Shown: positions 8,908-18,074, counted from the stretch's first letter. The stretch: DNA of 49,326 nucleotides from a bacterium (GCA_900299215.1 OMIY01000451.1:1-49326); one strand, 5' to 3'. Notes: a model not told the origin generated them from the letters alone. Program-made: numbers and translations.

Positions 8908-9935
8908 ACGATACAGAGAGTGACACTTTGGACAGCAATCAACCTATCGAAAACCCAGTAGAAGTTACTAAGAAACAACGAGTATTGGCGGCCCGAGGTC
9001 AGGAAGTCCCGATCGACCTTTTCCTGTTCTCCTGTTTGGAGCAAGAGCGACTCGAGCGCGCTCAAGCTGCCGCCATGCCAACTATACAATGGCCAGCTCT
9101 GTCCAATGACGCCAAAGACACCTTCGATCCAAGTAATACTTTTGAAAACTTGGTACAAAATCTGTGTCAGTGGTACAGCGATCGCTTTCCTGAACTTACT
9201 TCAAACCGCAAAGTCGACCATGAACAGTTGGTCGAGGTGGTGCCTGCTTTTGTTGCGATGTGCCGCGATATTGCGGATCTCTTCAAACTGAAGGCCGACA
9301 AAGAGTTACCTACGCTGCCTGCGGAAAAGGCAGAGGATCGCACTTCCTGGGATGCAATTGAGGCAGCCGTACGCCGCTTCTTTAGCAGTAACAGTCACCT
9401 TTTCTTGCGCTTTCTGGCTTGGGCTTACGGCAGAGAAAAGGTTGAGGAATTTGTCCCGGGTAGTCGTCCACCAGTAGGCCGTTATGCACCTCCCCTTCCA
9501 CCGCGCAATGGACGAGCTGATACTCGACCAGGTCGATCTGATCGCCCAGGAAGCGCCAAGGGTAGAGGTGATAGAGGCGGGAAGCCAGACAGGTCAGACC
9601 ATCGGCCTCGACACGAAAAACAGTCGCGCCCAGACCGCGAAAGAGACCGGGATAGAGGTGCCCGCCCAAGCCAACATGGTTCACAAGTAGATTCTAGGCG
9701 AAAGCCTCGAAAGAACGATGAGGAGACAGCGAAGCTATCCGAGAAAGCCGTAGCTGAGGCCGCTGAGGCAATCTCATCGATGCAAAAAGATACTTCACTA
9801 GCTGAGTTTACCCTCAAACCGACTAATAGTTTTTACCGGCGTATTCAACATCAGTATGTGGTAGATGCCGGTTACGTCTCCAACTCCGTAGGTGAGGGAG
9901 CCGATCGCGCTGTCCAGATTACACGCAAACATTGA
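8904..9935 (+). CDS. R3H-domain nucleic-acid-binding protein with an Arg/Asp/Pro-rich low-complexity linker
   Basis: The C-terminal ~60 aa contains FYRRIQHQYV (R-x3-H) followed by ...GEGADRAVQI, typical of R3H domains. The central region is RPGRSDRPGSAKGRGDRGGKPDRSDHRPRHEKQSRPDRERDRDRG. The ~200 aa N-terminal domain is unrecognised. The ATG overlaps the moeA stop (ATGA). Confidence 0.6.
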   Translation: MNDTESDTLDSNQPIENPVEVTKKQRVLAARGQEVPIDLFLFSCLEQERLERAQAAAMPTIQWPALSNDAKDTFDPSNTFENLVQNLCQWYSDRFPELTSNRKVDHEQLVEVVPAFVAMCRDIADLFKLKADKELPTLPAEKAEDRTSWDAIEAAVRRFFSSNSHLFLRFLAWAYGREKVEEFVPGSRPPVGRYAPPLPPRNGRADTRPGRSDRPGSAKGRGDRGGKPDRSDHRPRHEKQSRPDRERDRDRGARPSQHGSQVDSRRKPRKNDEETAKLSEKAVAEAAEAISSMQKDTSLAEFTLKPTNSFYRRIQHQYVVDAGYVSNSVGEGADRAVQITRKH

Positions 9936-9937
9936 AT

Positions 9938-10726
9938 ATGCAGAAATTCATCGCTGCACCATCAACTGTTGTGATTACTGGTGCTAGCTCTGGAATCGGG
10001 GCTGCTTGTGCTCGCATGTTTGCTCGCAGTGGATCCAGGCTAGCGTTGGGTGCACGACGTACCGATCGTTTGAAGCATCTCGCTAAAGAGCTGCAAGACT
10101 TAGGTTCTCCAGAAGTCTGGATTAGTGCCCTCGACGTCAGAAACAGTCACTCGATCACTCATTTTCAGCAAGAAGTACTTAGCAAGTTCAGCCAAGTTGA
10201 TATTTTGGTCAACAATGCCGGGTTGGCTGCCGGATTGGACCCTGTCGCTAGCGGTGATGAAGCCGACTGGCAGGTGATGTTAGACACTAATGTGCTTGGG
10301 CTTCTGAAAGTAACTCGGGCATTTCTGCCCGACATGATCGCTAGAAGCCGTGGTCACATTATTAATCTCGGCTCCATTGCGGGATTTACAACTTATGCAA
10401 AAGGTGCCGCGTACGCTGGCTCAAAGCATGCCGTTCGCGCAATTAGCGGTGCTTTGAGACTTGAGCTCATGGGTACTGGCATACGAATCACTGAGATCGA
10501 CCCTGGCATGGTCGAAACTGAGTTTAGCTTAGTGCGTTTAAAAGACCAGGCTAAGGCCGATGCTGTCTATGCTGGAATGACTCCTCTATCCGCCGACGAT
10601 GTTGCAGACTCAGTTTATTTTGCAGCAACAAGGCCGGCTCACGTAAACATCGATCACATTGTACTGATGCCTACAGATCAAGCCTCTGCAACTCAAGTTT
10701 ATCGAAAATCATCGGCACCAACTTAA
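9938..10726 (+). CDS. Short-chain dehydrogenase/reductase (YdfG-like NADP-dependent)
   Basis: TGASSGIG cofactor motif, NNAG, and the catalytic YAGSKHA (YxxxK). ATG 9938 is preferred over TTG 9932. Confidence 0.85.
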   Translation: MQKFIAAPSTVVITGASSGIGAACARMFARSGSRLALGARRTDRLKHLAKELQDLGSPEVWISALDVRNSHSITHFQQEVLSKFSQVDILVNNAGLAAGLDPVASGDEADWQVMLDTNVLGLLKVTRAFLPDMIARSRGHIINLGSIAGFTTYAKGAAYAGSKHAVRAISGALRLELMGTGIRITEIDPGMVETEFSLVRLKDQAKADAVYAGMTPLSADDVADSVYFAATRPAHVNIDHIVLMPTDQASATQVYRKSSAPT

Positions 10727-10871
10727 CCAGCCAATATCACCCTTATTTTTGTGCTTTCTTGGTAAAATATTTGCTTGCCGCGAGTGACGCTAGACTAAAG
10801 GTTCCGAAGTCCTATCCGAAACATCAGACACGCGAGTTATTTTGGCAACGGCGAAACAGGGAGGTTTCGCA

Positions 10872-11675
10872 ATGAAGCGGTATCCACATACTGGCTGGTC
10901 AATTGTTTGGCTGCTTGGCTGTCTTTTGGCAGTGGGAATCCTGAGCTCATGCTCCGGAGCTTCTGGTGATGAAGAAAATCTTGAAGCAGATAAAAGCGGT
11001 GAAGGAAGTAACCTAGGGCAGGACGACGCTGCCGAAGGTAACGGACAAGAAAACTTCGCCAACACCGAAAGTTCCGGTGGTGACAGCGCGGAAATCAACA
11101 GTGACACAGGCGACGGGGCCGGAGAAACTGCGGCCGCTAACGCGGCACCCGCTCAGGGTGGCAACACCTTGGCTGCTGGTAACAATGCCATGTTTGATAA
11201 CGCAGGTGGAGCACCGGCGAACCCTGCTGCACCTGTCAACAATGCCCCTCCAACAAACTCTACGGCCCTAACTAATGCGCCGGCCAATGCCGCATTGAAT
11301 GCCGCTGCAGCGCAAGCAGCGCCAGTTAACAATACCAGCAGTCTGCCTGCTGCCGCATCTGTACCTGCTAATGCAGCCGCACTAACGCAAGCCGCCCCCG
11401 CTACAATGGCGGCTGCTGCGCCCACAGCAAGCCCAGCGCCCACAGGCCTAACTCCTAAACAAGATGGACGCGTTCGTTATGTTAAAAAAGGTGGTTTACA
11501 AGTCGTAAATGCGCCGAATGGAAGCCCCGTTGCCAGCTTAGAGCAAGGTGATCACCCAGTGACCTGGGAAGAGAATGGCTGGCTGAAGATTGCCGATGGT
11601 ATGTACTTACCCGTGGACGGGCTTTCACAAAAAGGCGTGGGTCGCGTCAAGAGCACAAGGAACTGGACTAACTGA
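10872..11675 (+). CDS. Lipoprotein with a long Ala/Asn/Pro-rich linker and a C-terminal SH3b-like domain
   Basis: GGGAGG SD 7 nt upstream of ATG 10872. Signal peptide plus lipobox (ILSS-C). About 150 aa low-complexity region. C-terminal GRVRYVKKGGLQVVNAPNGSPVASLEQGDHPVTWEENGWLKI resembles bacterial SH3. Confidence 0.6.
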   Translation: MKRYPHTGWSIVWLLGCLLAVGILSSCSGASGDEENLEADKSGEGSNLGQDDAAEGNGQENFANTESSGGDSAEINSDTGDGAGETAAANAAPAQGGNTLAAGNNAMFDNAGGAPANPAAPVNNAPPTNSTALTNAPANAALNAAAAQAAPVNNTSSLPAAASVPANAAALTQAAPATMAAAAPTASPAPTGLTPKQDGRVRYVKKGGLQVVNAPNGSPVASLEQGDHPVTWEENGWLKIADGMYLPVDGLSQKGVGRVKSTRNWTN

Positions 11676-11697
11676 GTCGAGTTTGGTCGCCGAGGAA

Positions 11698-12375
11698 TCA
11701 GAACATCATCCTAAAACCAATATTTGTGTACCAGCTCGACCTTGCTTCGTCGCTAGAACGATCTGAGAAACTGATCGGAACTGAACCAAGGTAGTTTGTG
11801 TTTTTACGAATTATTTGCATACCAAAATGGCTACTCAGGGCAACATCAACTCCGAAAAGCACATTTCCGGTTAAGGACCCGCCCTCCGAAAAGCGCTCCC
11901 CCATATGTCGCCTGTGCCATCTTGTGTAGCCAAGCCCTGACCCGGCGAGCGGCGTCACCATACTAAAGTTATATAAACGGACCATTAAATCTGCCTCAGG
12001 CCCATATTGGGTCGCGAAATAACTTCCGGAATTGAGCTGGTAATAAAAGTATGTTGCTTCCAAACCAACATATCTTACCCAATAGTAGCCCGCTGTAGCC
12101 TGGCCTGACACATAGTCCGCATTGGCGCCAAACCCACCATTAAACATCCAACGCCCTGGGCTGTCTGATTCAACTCTGGACTGACTGTCCAAAACCCGTG
12201 CCTCTGTTTCAGAGTTTGAGTTCGTGTCGTCAGGAACAACGACAATCTGATCGGCTTCTTCTGGCAATTGGGGCACTTCTTCATTGCTCGATGAAGTCGA
12301 CTGGGCAAACAAGTGAGCCTCACCCAGCCATCCAATGGCAGCAATCAAAGCATATAGTCGACCAAACTTAGTCAT
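11698..12375 (-). CDS. Putative small outer-membrane beta-barrel protein
   Basis: N-terminal signal peptide (…LFAQS), Gly/Tyr-rich alternating segments, and a C-terminal ...IGFRMMF ending in Phe. Confidence 0.5.
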   Translation of the reverse strand: MTKFGRLYALIAAIGWLGEAHLFAQSTSSSNEEVPQLPEEADQIVVVPDDTNSNSETEARVLDSQSRVESDSPGRWMFNGGFGANADYVSGQATAGYYWVRYVGLEATYFYYQLNSGSYFATQYGPEADLMVRLYNFSMVTPLAGSGLGYTRWHRRHMGERFSEGGSLTGNVLFGVDVALSSHFGMQIIRKNTNYLGSVPISFSDRSSDEARSSWYTNIGFRMMF

Positions 12376-12389
12376 TTCAGTCCCTGATG

Positions 12390-13373
12390 CTACTTACTGA
12401 ATGTAACGACTTTTTGCGATATCCGGCCAAAAATACTATGGCCTTTGTGATCAAACATCTCGATGGCAATTCGGTCGCCAGCCTTCATAAACGGAGTGCT
12501 GATGCTACCGGAATCTATCTTCTCGATCATACGCTTTTCTGCCAAGCACGATGAGCCGCGCGCACGGTCTTCGTTAGAAACAGTGCCACTGCCCAGTATC
12601 GTCCCAGCAGTGAAAGCTCGAGTCTTGCAAATATGCTCAATCAGATCGAAAAATGAAAAATGCATCTCTGGGCCGGCATTTGGATCACCGAATTTCTCGC
12701 CGTTATATTCTGTTACAAGTGGTAAATGCACGCGACCATCATGCCAATCGCTACCCAACTCATCCGGAGTCACGGCAATGGGCGAAAAGGCCGTTGCTGG
12801 TTTCGACCCAAAGAATCCAAAACCTTTTTCCAGTTCCGCTGGGATCAAGTTGCGCAAGGAAACATCGTTTGCCAGCATGATTAGCCGCACATATTTGGCT
12901 GCCTCAGTTTTCCGAGTTCCCTGAGGCGTATCGGCTAAGATCACACAGACCTCAGACTCGAAGTCCAGTCCCCAAGCTGGATCGGCCAATTTAATGTCGT
13001 CTGTTGCACTGAGAAATACCCCTGAACCACCTTGGTAAACTAATGGATCAGTTCGAAGTGTTTCAGGAGGATTGGCATTGCGCGCCTTACGCACCAACAC
13101 GATGTGGTTAATGTAAGCCGAACCATCTACCCACTCATATGCCCTAGGTAAGGGCGCCATAAACTGGACGGCATCACAACGTCCGGTGACAACTTCACGA
13201 CGCTCCAACCTATCAAAACACTGGCGTAAAGCTGGCTCTAAAAGATCCCATCTATCTAGAGCTGCTTGTAAATTAGGAGCAATGTCAGAGGCATCGGTGT
13301 AATGGGAAAGATCCCGACTTACGACAACAAGTCGTCCATCGCGACTGCCATCGTGCAAGGTAGCAAGTTTCAT
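12390..13373 (-). CDS. Fumarylacetoacetate hydrolase (FAH) family protein
   Basis: 327 aa. MKLATL.DGSRDGRLVVVSRD start and the C-terminal FAH-fold region (EVCVIL..., GFFGSKP, GTILGSGTVSN) recalled from FAH-family proteins. Confidence 0.7.
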   Translation of the reverse strand: MKLATLHDGSRDGRLVVVSRDLSHYTDASDIAPNLQAALDRWDLLEPALRQCFDRLERREVVTGRCDAVQFMAPLPRAYEWVDGSAYINHIVLVRKARNANPPETLRTDPLVYQGGSGVFLSATDDIKLADPAWGLDFESEVCVILADTPQGTRKTEAAKYVRLIMLANDVSLRNLIPAELEKGFGFFGSKPATAFSPIAVTPDELGSDWHDGRVHLPLVTEYNGEKFGDPNAGPEMHFSFFDLIEHICKTRAFTAGTILGSGTVSNEDRARGSSCLAEKRMIEKIDSGSISTPFMKAGDRIAIEMFDHKGHSIFGRISQKVVTFSK

Positions 13374-13393
13374 AACGACTCCAAGGCTTAAAA

Positions 13394-14143
13394 TTACAGC
13401 CCGGTGAGTCTCTTGAGTGATCGGATTTCATCCGAGCTTAGCTGTCTATACTCACCTGGGCTCAGGTCTTCAGGTAACCGCACTTCTCCATATGAAACAC
13501 GAATCAGCCGCACGACTTTATGGTTAAAGTGCTCAAAAAGTCGTCGTACTAATCGGTTTCGCCCCTCAAATACGGTGATTGCATACCAACTACCGCGGGA
13601 ACCACCCAGGTTTTTGCCGTGAGCGTACCTCAGTTCAGTCTTGCCACTCGGACCGTCTTCGAGATCGACTCCCCGGACTATAGCGTGTTCCTCTTCCGGA
13701 GTCAGCCGCCCGGTAATCAAAACATGATATTGTCGAGGGACTTTAAATTTTGGATGAGTTAGGCGATTTGCCAACTCTCCATCATTGGTTAGGAGAAGCA
13801 GGCCTTCTGTCCGAAAATCAAGTCTGCCCACAGGCGCTACTAAGAATGGCAACTTCTTAAGCCGTGGCAAGTCATATATCGTCGTGCGCTGAAAGCCATC
13901 GTTTCTAGCAGTCAACACTTCGTCAGGCTTGTTGAGCATCCAGTACACCCTGGGAGGTAGGGCAGCCTCAACAAGTTTGCCATCAACCGTGATCTGGTCG
14001 TTATTGGGGTCAATTTTTCGGCCAAGTTCAGTTACGGTCTCGCCGTTAATTGCAACTCGCCCCTCACGTATCCAAGCTTCCGCCTCCCGGCGAGAGGCTA
14101 TCCCCAGCTGGGACAACCATTTCTGAATTCTCATTGGCTCCAT
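13394..14143 (-). CDS. rluB: 23S rRNA pseudouridine synthase, RsuA/RluB family
   Basis: N-terminal S4 domain MRIQKWLSQLGIASRREAEAWIREGRVAING and catalytic motif VGRLDFRTEGLLLLTNDG. The start is M1 (14143) or M4 (14134). Confidence 0.85.
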   Translation of the reverse strand: MEPMRIQKWLSQLGIASRREAEAWIREGRVAINGETVTELGRKIDPNNDQITVDGKLVEAALPPRVYWMLNKPDEVLTARNDGFQRTTIYDLPRLKKLPFLVAPVGRLDFRTEGLLLLTNDGELANRLTHPKFKVPRQYHVLITGRLTPEEEHAIVRGVDLEDGPSGKTELRYAHGKNLGGSRGSWYAITVFEGRNRLVRRLFEHFNHKVVRLIRVSYGEVRLPEDLSPGEYRQLSSDEIRSLKRLTGL

Positions 14144-14969
14144 CGACTACCCCGGCGACTAACTCATCCTCGTTACCCTGGTCGTCTTCTCCCCCAAGGG
14201 TCGTCGCCAGATCGTCCCCCTCATACTCGGCACGAGTGTTATCTGCAATATATTCTTCAACATCGACCAAATCGTCAGCGCTTCCCCCTTCGATTCTGGC
14301 CATTGCACCTTGAACCATTTCTCGCGAGGGCTGAAAGGACTCGAGAGACGGCAAGTCCTTAATACTACTTAAATTAAACACAGTCAGGAATTGGTCGGTG
14401 GTGCCAAAGAGCATGGGACGCCCAACTATTTCCTTACGTCCCACACACTTGATTAGGTCTCGTTCCAGAAGAGTCTTGAAAATGCTGCCTGCATCTACCC
14501 CCCTGATAAACTCAACCTCTGCCCTCGTTACGGGCTGGCGGTATGCAATAATTGCTAAAGTTTCCAGAGCAGCCCGACTGATCGGCCTTGGGCGAGAAGC
14601 GAACATCCGCTCCATAATGGCGCCAGCGGACTCCGAAGTTTGAAATTGATACCCCATGCGCTTTAGATAGTGGAGACGAAAGCCACCACACCGGTCTTCG
14701 TACTGAGAAACCAACTGATCTAAAGTGATTTGAATATCTGCTTCTGCGACAGTTGGATCACCTAATATTTCCAGAACTTCTGAGGCTTTGAGTGGCTTTT
14801 GCGAGGCAAATATAATGGCCTCAACTTTAGCCTCCAGACGCATCGAAGCAAGTTGTCTCTCTTTTGGGGGACTCAGCGTCGCGTTATCACCAGCTAGCTC
14901 CTCGTCTAAGCTTTCATAATGCTCAAACTCGGTGACCTCGGCGCTATCTGTATCTTCAGAATGGCTCAT
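14064..14969 (-). CDS. scpB: Segregation and condensation protein B (ScpB) with an acidic C-terminal tail
   Basis: EAIIFASQKPL, IAYRQPVTRAEVEFIRGVD and GRPMLFGTT motifs. Its start overlaps the scpA stop. Confidence 0.85.
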   Translation of the reverse strand: MSHSEDTDSAEVTEFEHYESLDEELAGDNATLSPPKERQLASMRLEAKVEAIIFASQKPLKASEVLEILGDPTVAEADIQITLDQLVSQYEDRCGGFRLHYLKRMGYQFQTSESAGAIMERMFASRPRPISRAALETLAIIAYRQPVTRAEVEFIRGVDAGSIFKTLLERDLIKCVGRKEIVGRPMLFGTTDQFLTVFNLSSIKDLPSLESFQPSREMVQGAMARIEGGSADDLVDVEEYIADNTRAEYEGDDLATTLGGEDDQGNEDELVAGVVDGANENSEMVVPAGDSLSPGGGSLDT

Positions 14970-15775
14970 AAGCTACTGTCCAGCTCCGCTATAGGCTCCA
15001 CTAAACCCACAGATGGGGACAACGGTAATACAGATTCATCGCAATCCATGCGGTACATCCAAACCGGCCCCATCAACTCGCTCTGATAAACTTGAATGCG
15101 CTTCATTTTTGAGAGCTCCAGCATAGCCATGAGATGTACCACAAGCTCATCGCGAGACTGAAGACGGTTATAGATCCCCTGGAATAGGGCGAATCGAGCC
15201 TGCTCAATCTCTCGCGCCAGCTTCTCAATGGTGTCCTCAACGGTAATCCTATGCAACTTAGCAGTATGCTTAGACTTACGTCGCTCAGAAAGTCCTCTCA
15301 GCATTTGCTCGTAAAGGACAACCAATGTAGGTGCATCGCCCTGTAGGGGGGCTTCAATGTGCTCGTAAAGAGGAGCCAGGCGCTGCCACTCATTGTTAGG
15401 CTGAATCTCAACCCCCATTTGCGGCATCTGGCTAAAATGGTCTGCTGCATTGCGGAACATTTCATACTGCAGCAAACGCTCCTGTAGAGATTTAACAGGG
15501 TCGTCCTGATCACCTTCGGTGTCTTCAGCTACCTTTTCGTCCCCTGGCAGTAGCATACGCGTCTTGATCTCAATCAAGGTCGCTGCCATCTCAATAAATT
15601 CGCCCGCTTGCTGCAAATCCGAAAACTGCATTAGACGAAGAAACCCGAGGTATTCTTGCGTCAAAAGTAGGACATCGATGGCAAAAATATCAATTTCATG
15701 CACTCGAATTAGGTGCAAGAGCAGGTCAAGAGGACCCTCGAATTGATTTGTTTTTACAAAATACTCTGAGCTCAT
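14966..15775 (-). CDS. scpA: Segregation and condensation protein A (ScpA kleisin)
   Basis: FEGPLDLLLHLI N-terminal motif, ~270 aa, followed by scpB. Confidence 0.85.
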   Translation of the reverse strand: MSSEYFVKTNQFEGPLDLLLHLIRVHEIDIFAIDVLLLTQEYLGFLRLMQFSDLQQAGEFIEMAATLIEIKTRMLLPGDEKVAEDTEGDQDDPVKSLQERLLQYEMFRNAADHFSQMPQMGVEIQPNNEWQRLAPLYEHIEAPLQGDAPTLVVLYEQMLRGLSERRKSKHTAKLHRITVEDTIEKLAREIEQARFALFQGIYNRLQSRDELVVHLMAMLELSKMKRIQVYQSELMGPVWMYRMDCDESVLPLSPSVGLVEPIAELDSSL

Positions 15776-15920
15776 CGATTGCCTATAAGTCGGCTACCCA
15801 GTGGCTGCAAATGTTGGACTTTCTTTCGGACTTTACGTTATACCGTGGAGCTCAACACCGGCCAAGCCATTTCGCCGGGAAAATCTCCTTTTACTTTAAT
15901 TGTCAGCAAGCAGAAAAAAC

Positions 15921-18074
15921 ATGATTCAAAGCCCCCAATGGAAGCTGCTCGGCGGCGAGATCGACGACAATAAGTCAATTGACTACCTGCCGATCGAAGC
16001 CCTCCGAGGACAGGGGGCCACTGGTTTTTTTTGCGGTGTTTCGTCTGTGCGTACCTTCAGATCTAGCGGTACCACAGACAAAGACAGGTCGACGTCACTT
16101 TTCTCCAGAGAGGGCTTGGAACTCTATAGGGAGCGAAGTTTAGCTCAATTTTCTTATGTTCTTGATCAAGTTCTGCCGCCTCAAGGTGATGCATCCCGAC
16201 TTGGGCTCAGCCTCATACCCGATAGCGATGCCTGGCCAGACAGCAGTTTGGCACAGATGTTGACCTGGATTTCGGAAGCATTTGAGTTGAAGTTCGTTTC
16301 GGAAGCCGAACTAAAGTCTGCCATTTCATCCAATAAAAATAGACGGTTGTGGATCTTTGGGACGGCGTTTCATTGGGTTAATGCCTTGGACAGCGGTGCT
16401 ACTCAGCTGTTACCTCCCGGGTCGGTGATATTTGAGACCGGCGGTACAAAAGGTCGTAGTCGTGAGATCAAACGAGAAGACCTATACCTAGAGTTGTCTG
16501 AGGCCTTTGGCATTCCTTCAGAGGCTATAGTTAGCGAATATGGGATGTGTGAACTTGCATGCCAAGCTTATGACTTTGTGCCCCACGGCCAGAAACTAGA
16601 TTTAGAACTTCGGCGGTTTAGGTTTTACCATGATGTCGAGCTAGCAGTACTTGACCGGCCAGGATCAGCTAGATCTCATGGTCGGGGCGGCCTTATGGTA
16701 AGGGACCCCGCTCGGGTGGATTATCCATGGTTCGTCAGAACTGAAGACTTGGCCGAAATTAGCGACGGATCCTTTAAGTTGCTTGGACGAACCCCCAAGG
16801 CTCCGCTTAAGGGGTGTTCGTTAGGTGCGGAGAAAGTCCTTGGCAACGATCAGCGGGTCAACGGCCCCACACATGACCGCAGTATCTGCACAGATAGCCC
16901 CTCAGGTCTTTGCCCTAATTTGATTGACCAGCGCATCAAACTTATCGCCGATTTTCTGAATGATTTTTTAGTATCGGAGAGGGCACTCGCAACTTTTGCG
17001 GCCGAGTTGGGTTCTACCAAAGCAGCTGCATCAGCCCTTGCAGACGTCAAATCGGGGATTCCGGATAGTCGAAGCCGTTGGGATTCCGCAATTTCAGCGG
17101 CACTTGGACGAAATAGGAATCAGGCAGCCAAGTGGCTGTTCATATTGCCCGAAAATCACTCACTAGTTGGGTTGTATCCATTAAGTATAGCCTATGCAGC
17201 AGGGCTGGCTGTTTCTGTTAGATTACCCAAAGCTTTTGAGCAGTCAGGCAGCCTGATTTCAGTATTCTTGAGCGAGGTCAAAAAACTTGCTGGTGCCGTA
17301 ATTGATGTGCTGCCATCTCATTGGCGTATCGGCGACCACACCGAAATGCCGCCAGTTGATGCCATTTTATGTTACGGGTCTTCTGAAACTGTCAAAAAAA
17401 TTCAGAGCTTTACCAACCTCCCGGTGCGTGGATTTGGACATCGCATTCCAGTTACGGTAGTCCCAATCAACGAAATAAGGGATAGTTCGGACAAAATCGC
17501 TGCTGACTGCCTCTCACTTGGGCAGCTTGGCTGCATGTCGTCTAGGGCGATTTTCGTCGTCCACGATGGTACCGAGCCTTGTTCCCTAGATGACCTGCTT
17601 GGATCGCTACAATTAAGTGGCCGGGAATTTTGGGCCACCCCAATTCCTTGGCAAAAACTTGTAAGTCTTGATGCTGAAGCTTTTCGCTACACCACGCTTG
17701 GGGCCAAGATTAGGCTTCCAGACAGTGCCGCCTCACCGCTTGTGTGCTGGAGTGAAATGAAACCAAGTCCTAAGTTCGGTGAGTTTGACGCTCTATTGTC
17801 GCGCACCCAATTTTGTTTGCCGGTCGTATCATGTGCGGCAAAAGATCTTCAAAGCTTTGTCCTGAGTCTATCTAAGCATCTGAAATATATGGAAAATATC
17901 GGAACAATCACTGTTCCTCATAACCAAGTATCAGAAATTGGTGACGCTCTTTCTCGCCATGGATTACCAGGGGCAAGCATCAGAGGCTTGGGCCAAGCTA
18001 ACGCTCCCAAATGGGACGGATATCATGAGGGATTGTCGCTTTTTGATCTGCAGGATTACCGGTTGATTCTTTAG
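15921..18074 (+). CDS. Fusion of a LuxE-like acyl-protein synthetase (adenylate-forming) and a LuxC-like acyl-CoA/acyl-protein reductase
   Basis: The N-terminal half has FRSSGTTDKDRS (ANL/LuxE SSGTTG-type P-loop), FETGGTKG and SEYGMCE. The C-terminal half has an ALDH-like region with SLGQLGCMSSRAIFV (candidate catalytic Cys). The start is ATG 15921 or TTG 15900. Confidence 0.6.
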   Translation: MIQSPQWKLLGGEIDDNKSIDYLPIEALRGQGATGFFCGVSSVRTFRSSGTTDKDRSTSLFSREGLELYRERSLAQFSYVLDQVLPPQGDASRLGLSLIPDSDAWPDSSLAQMLTWISEAFELKFVSEAELKSAISSNKNRRLWIFGTAFHWVNALDSGATQLLPPGSVIFETGGTKGRSREIKREDLYLELSEAFGIPSEAIVSEYGMCELACQAYDFVPHGQKLDLELRRFRFYHDVELAVLDRPGSARSHGRGGLMVRDPARVDYPWFVRTEDLAEISDGSFKLLGRTPKAPLKGCSLGAEKVLGNDQRVNGPTHDRSICTDSPSGLCPNLIDQRIKLIADFLNDFLVSERALATFAAELGSTKAAASALADVKSGIPDSRSRWDSAISAALGRNRNQAAKWLFILPENHSLVGLYPLSIAYAAGLAVSVRLPKAFEQSGSLISVFLSEVKKLAGAVIDVLPSHWRIGDHTEMPPVDAILCYGSSETVKKIQSFTNLPVRGFGHRIPVTVVPINEIRDSSDKIAADCLSLGQLGCMSSRAIFVVHDGTEPCSLDDLLGSLQLSGREFWATPIPWQKLVSLDAEAFRYTTLGAKIRLPDSAASPLVCWSEMKPSPKFGEFDALLSRTQFCLPVVSCAAKDLQSFVLSLSKHLKYMENIGTITVPHNQVSEIGDALSRHGLPGASIRGLGQANAPKWDGYHEGLSLFDLQDYRLIL

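Noticed and set aside
9382-9817. Minus-strand ORFs and a +2-frame ORF across the Arg-rich region of the R3H gene
   Set aside because: They are products of the repetitive CG[AT]/GA[CT]-rich coding tract, which is stop-poor in several frames. No independent evidence.
11153-11443. 96 aa Ala-rich antisense ORF in the lipoprotein linker
   Set aside because: GCN-rich low-complexity DNA is open in many frames. The forward frame has the SD, lipobox and SH3b domain.
12463-12924. 153 aa plus-strand ORF inside the FAH-family gene; similarly 28985-29443 in the HAD gene, 40829-41269 in the ArgH-like gene, and 45242-46060 in or near the 683 aa gene
   Set aside because: All are nested antisense shadow ORFs without motifs or ribosome-binding sites.
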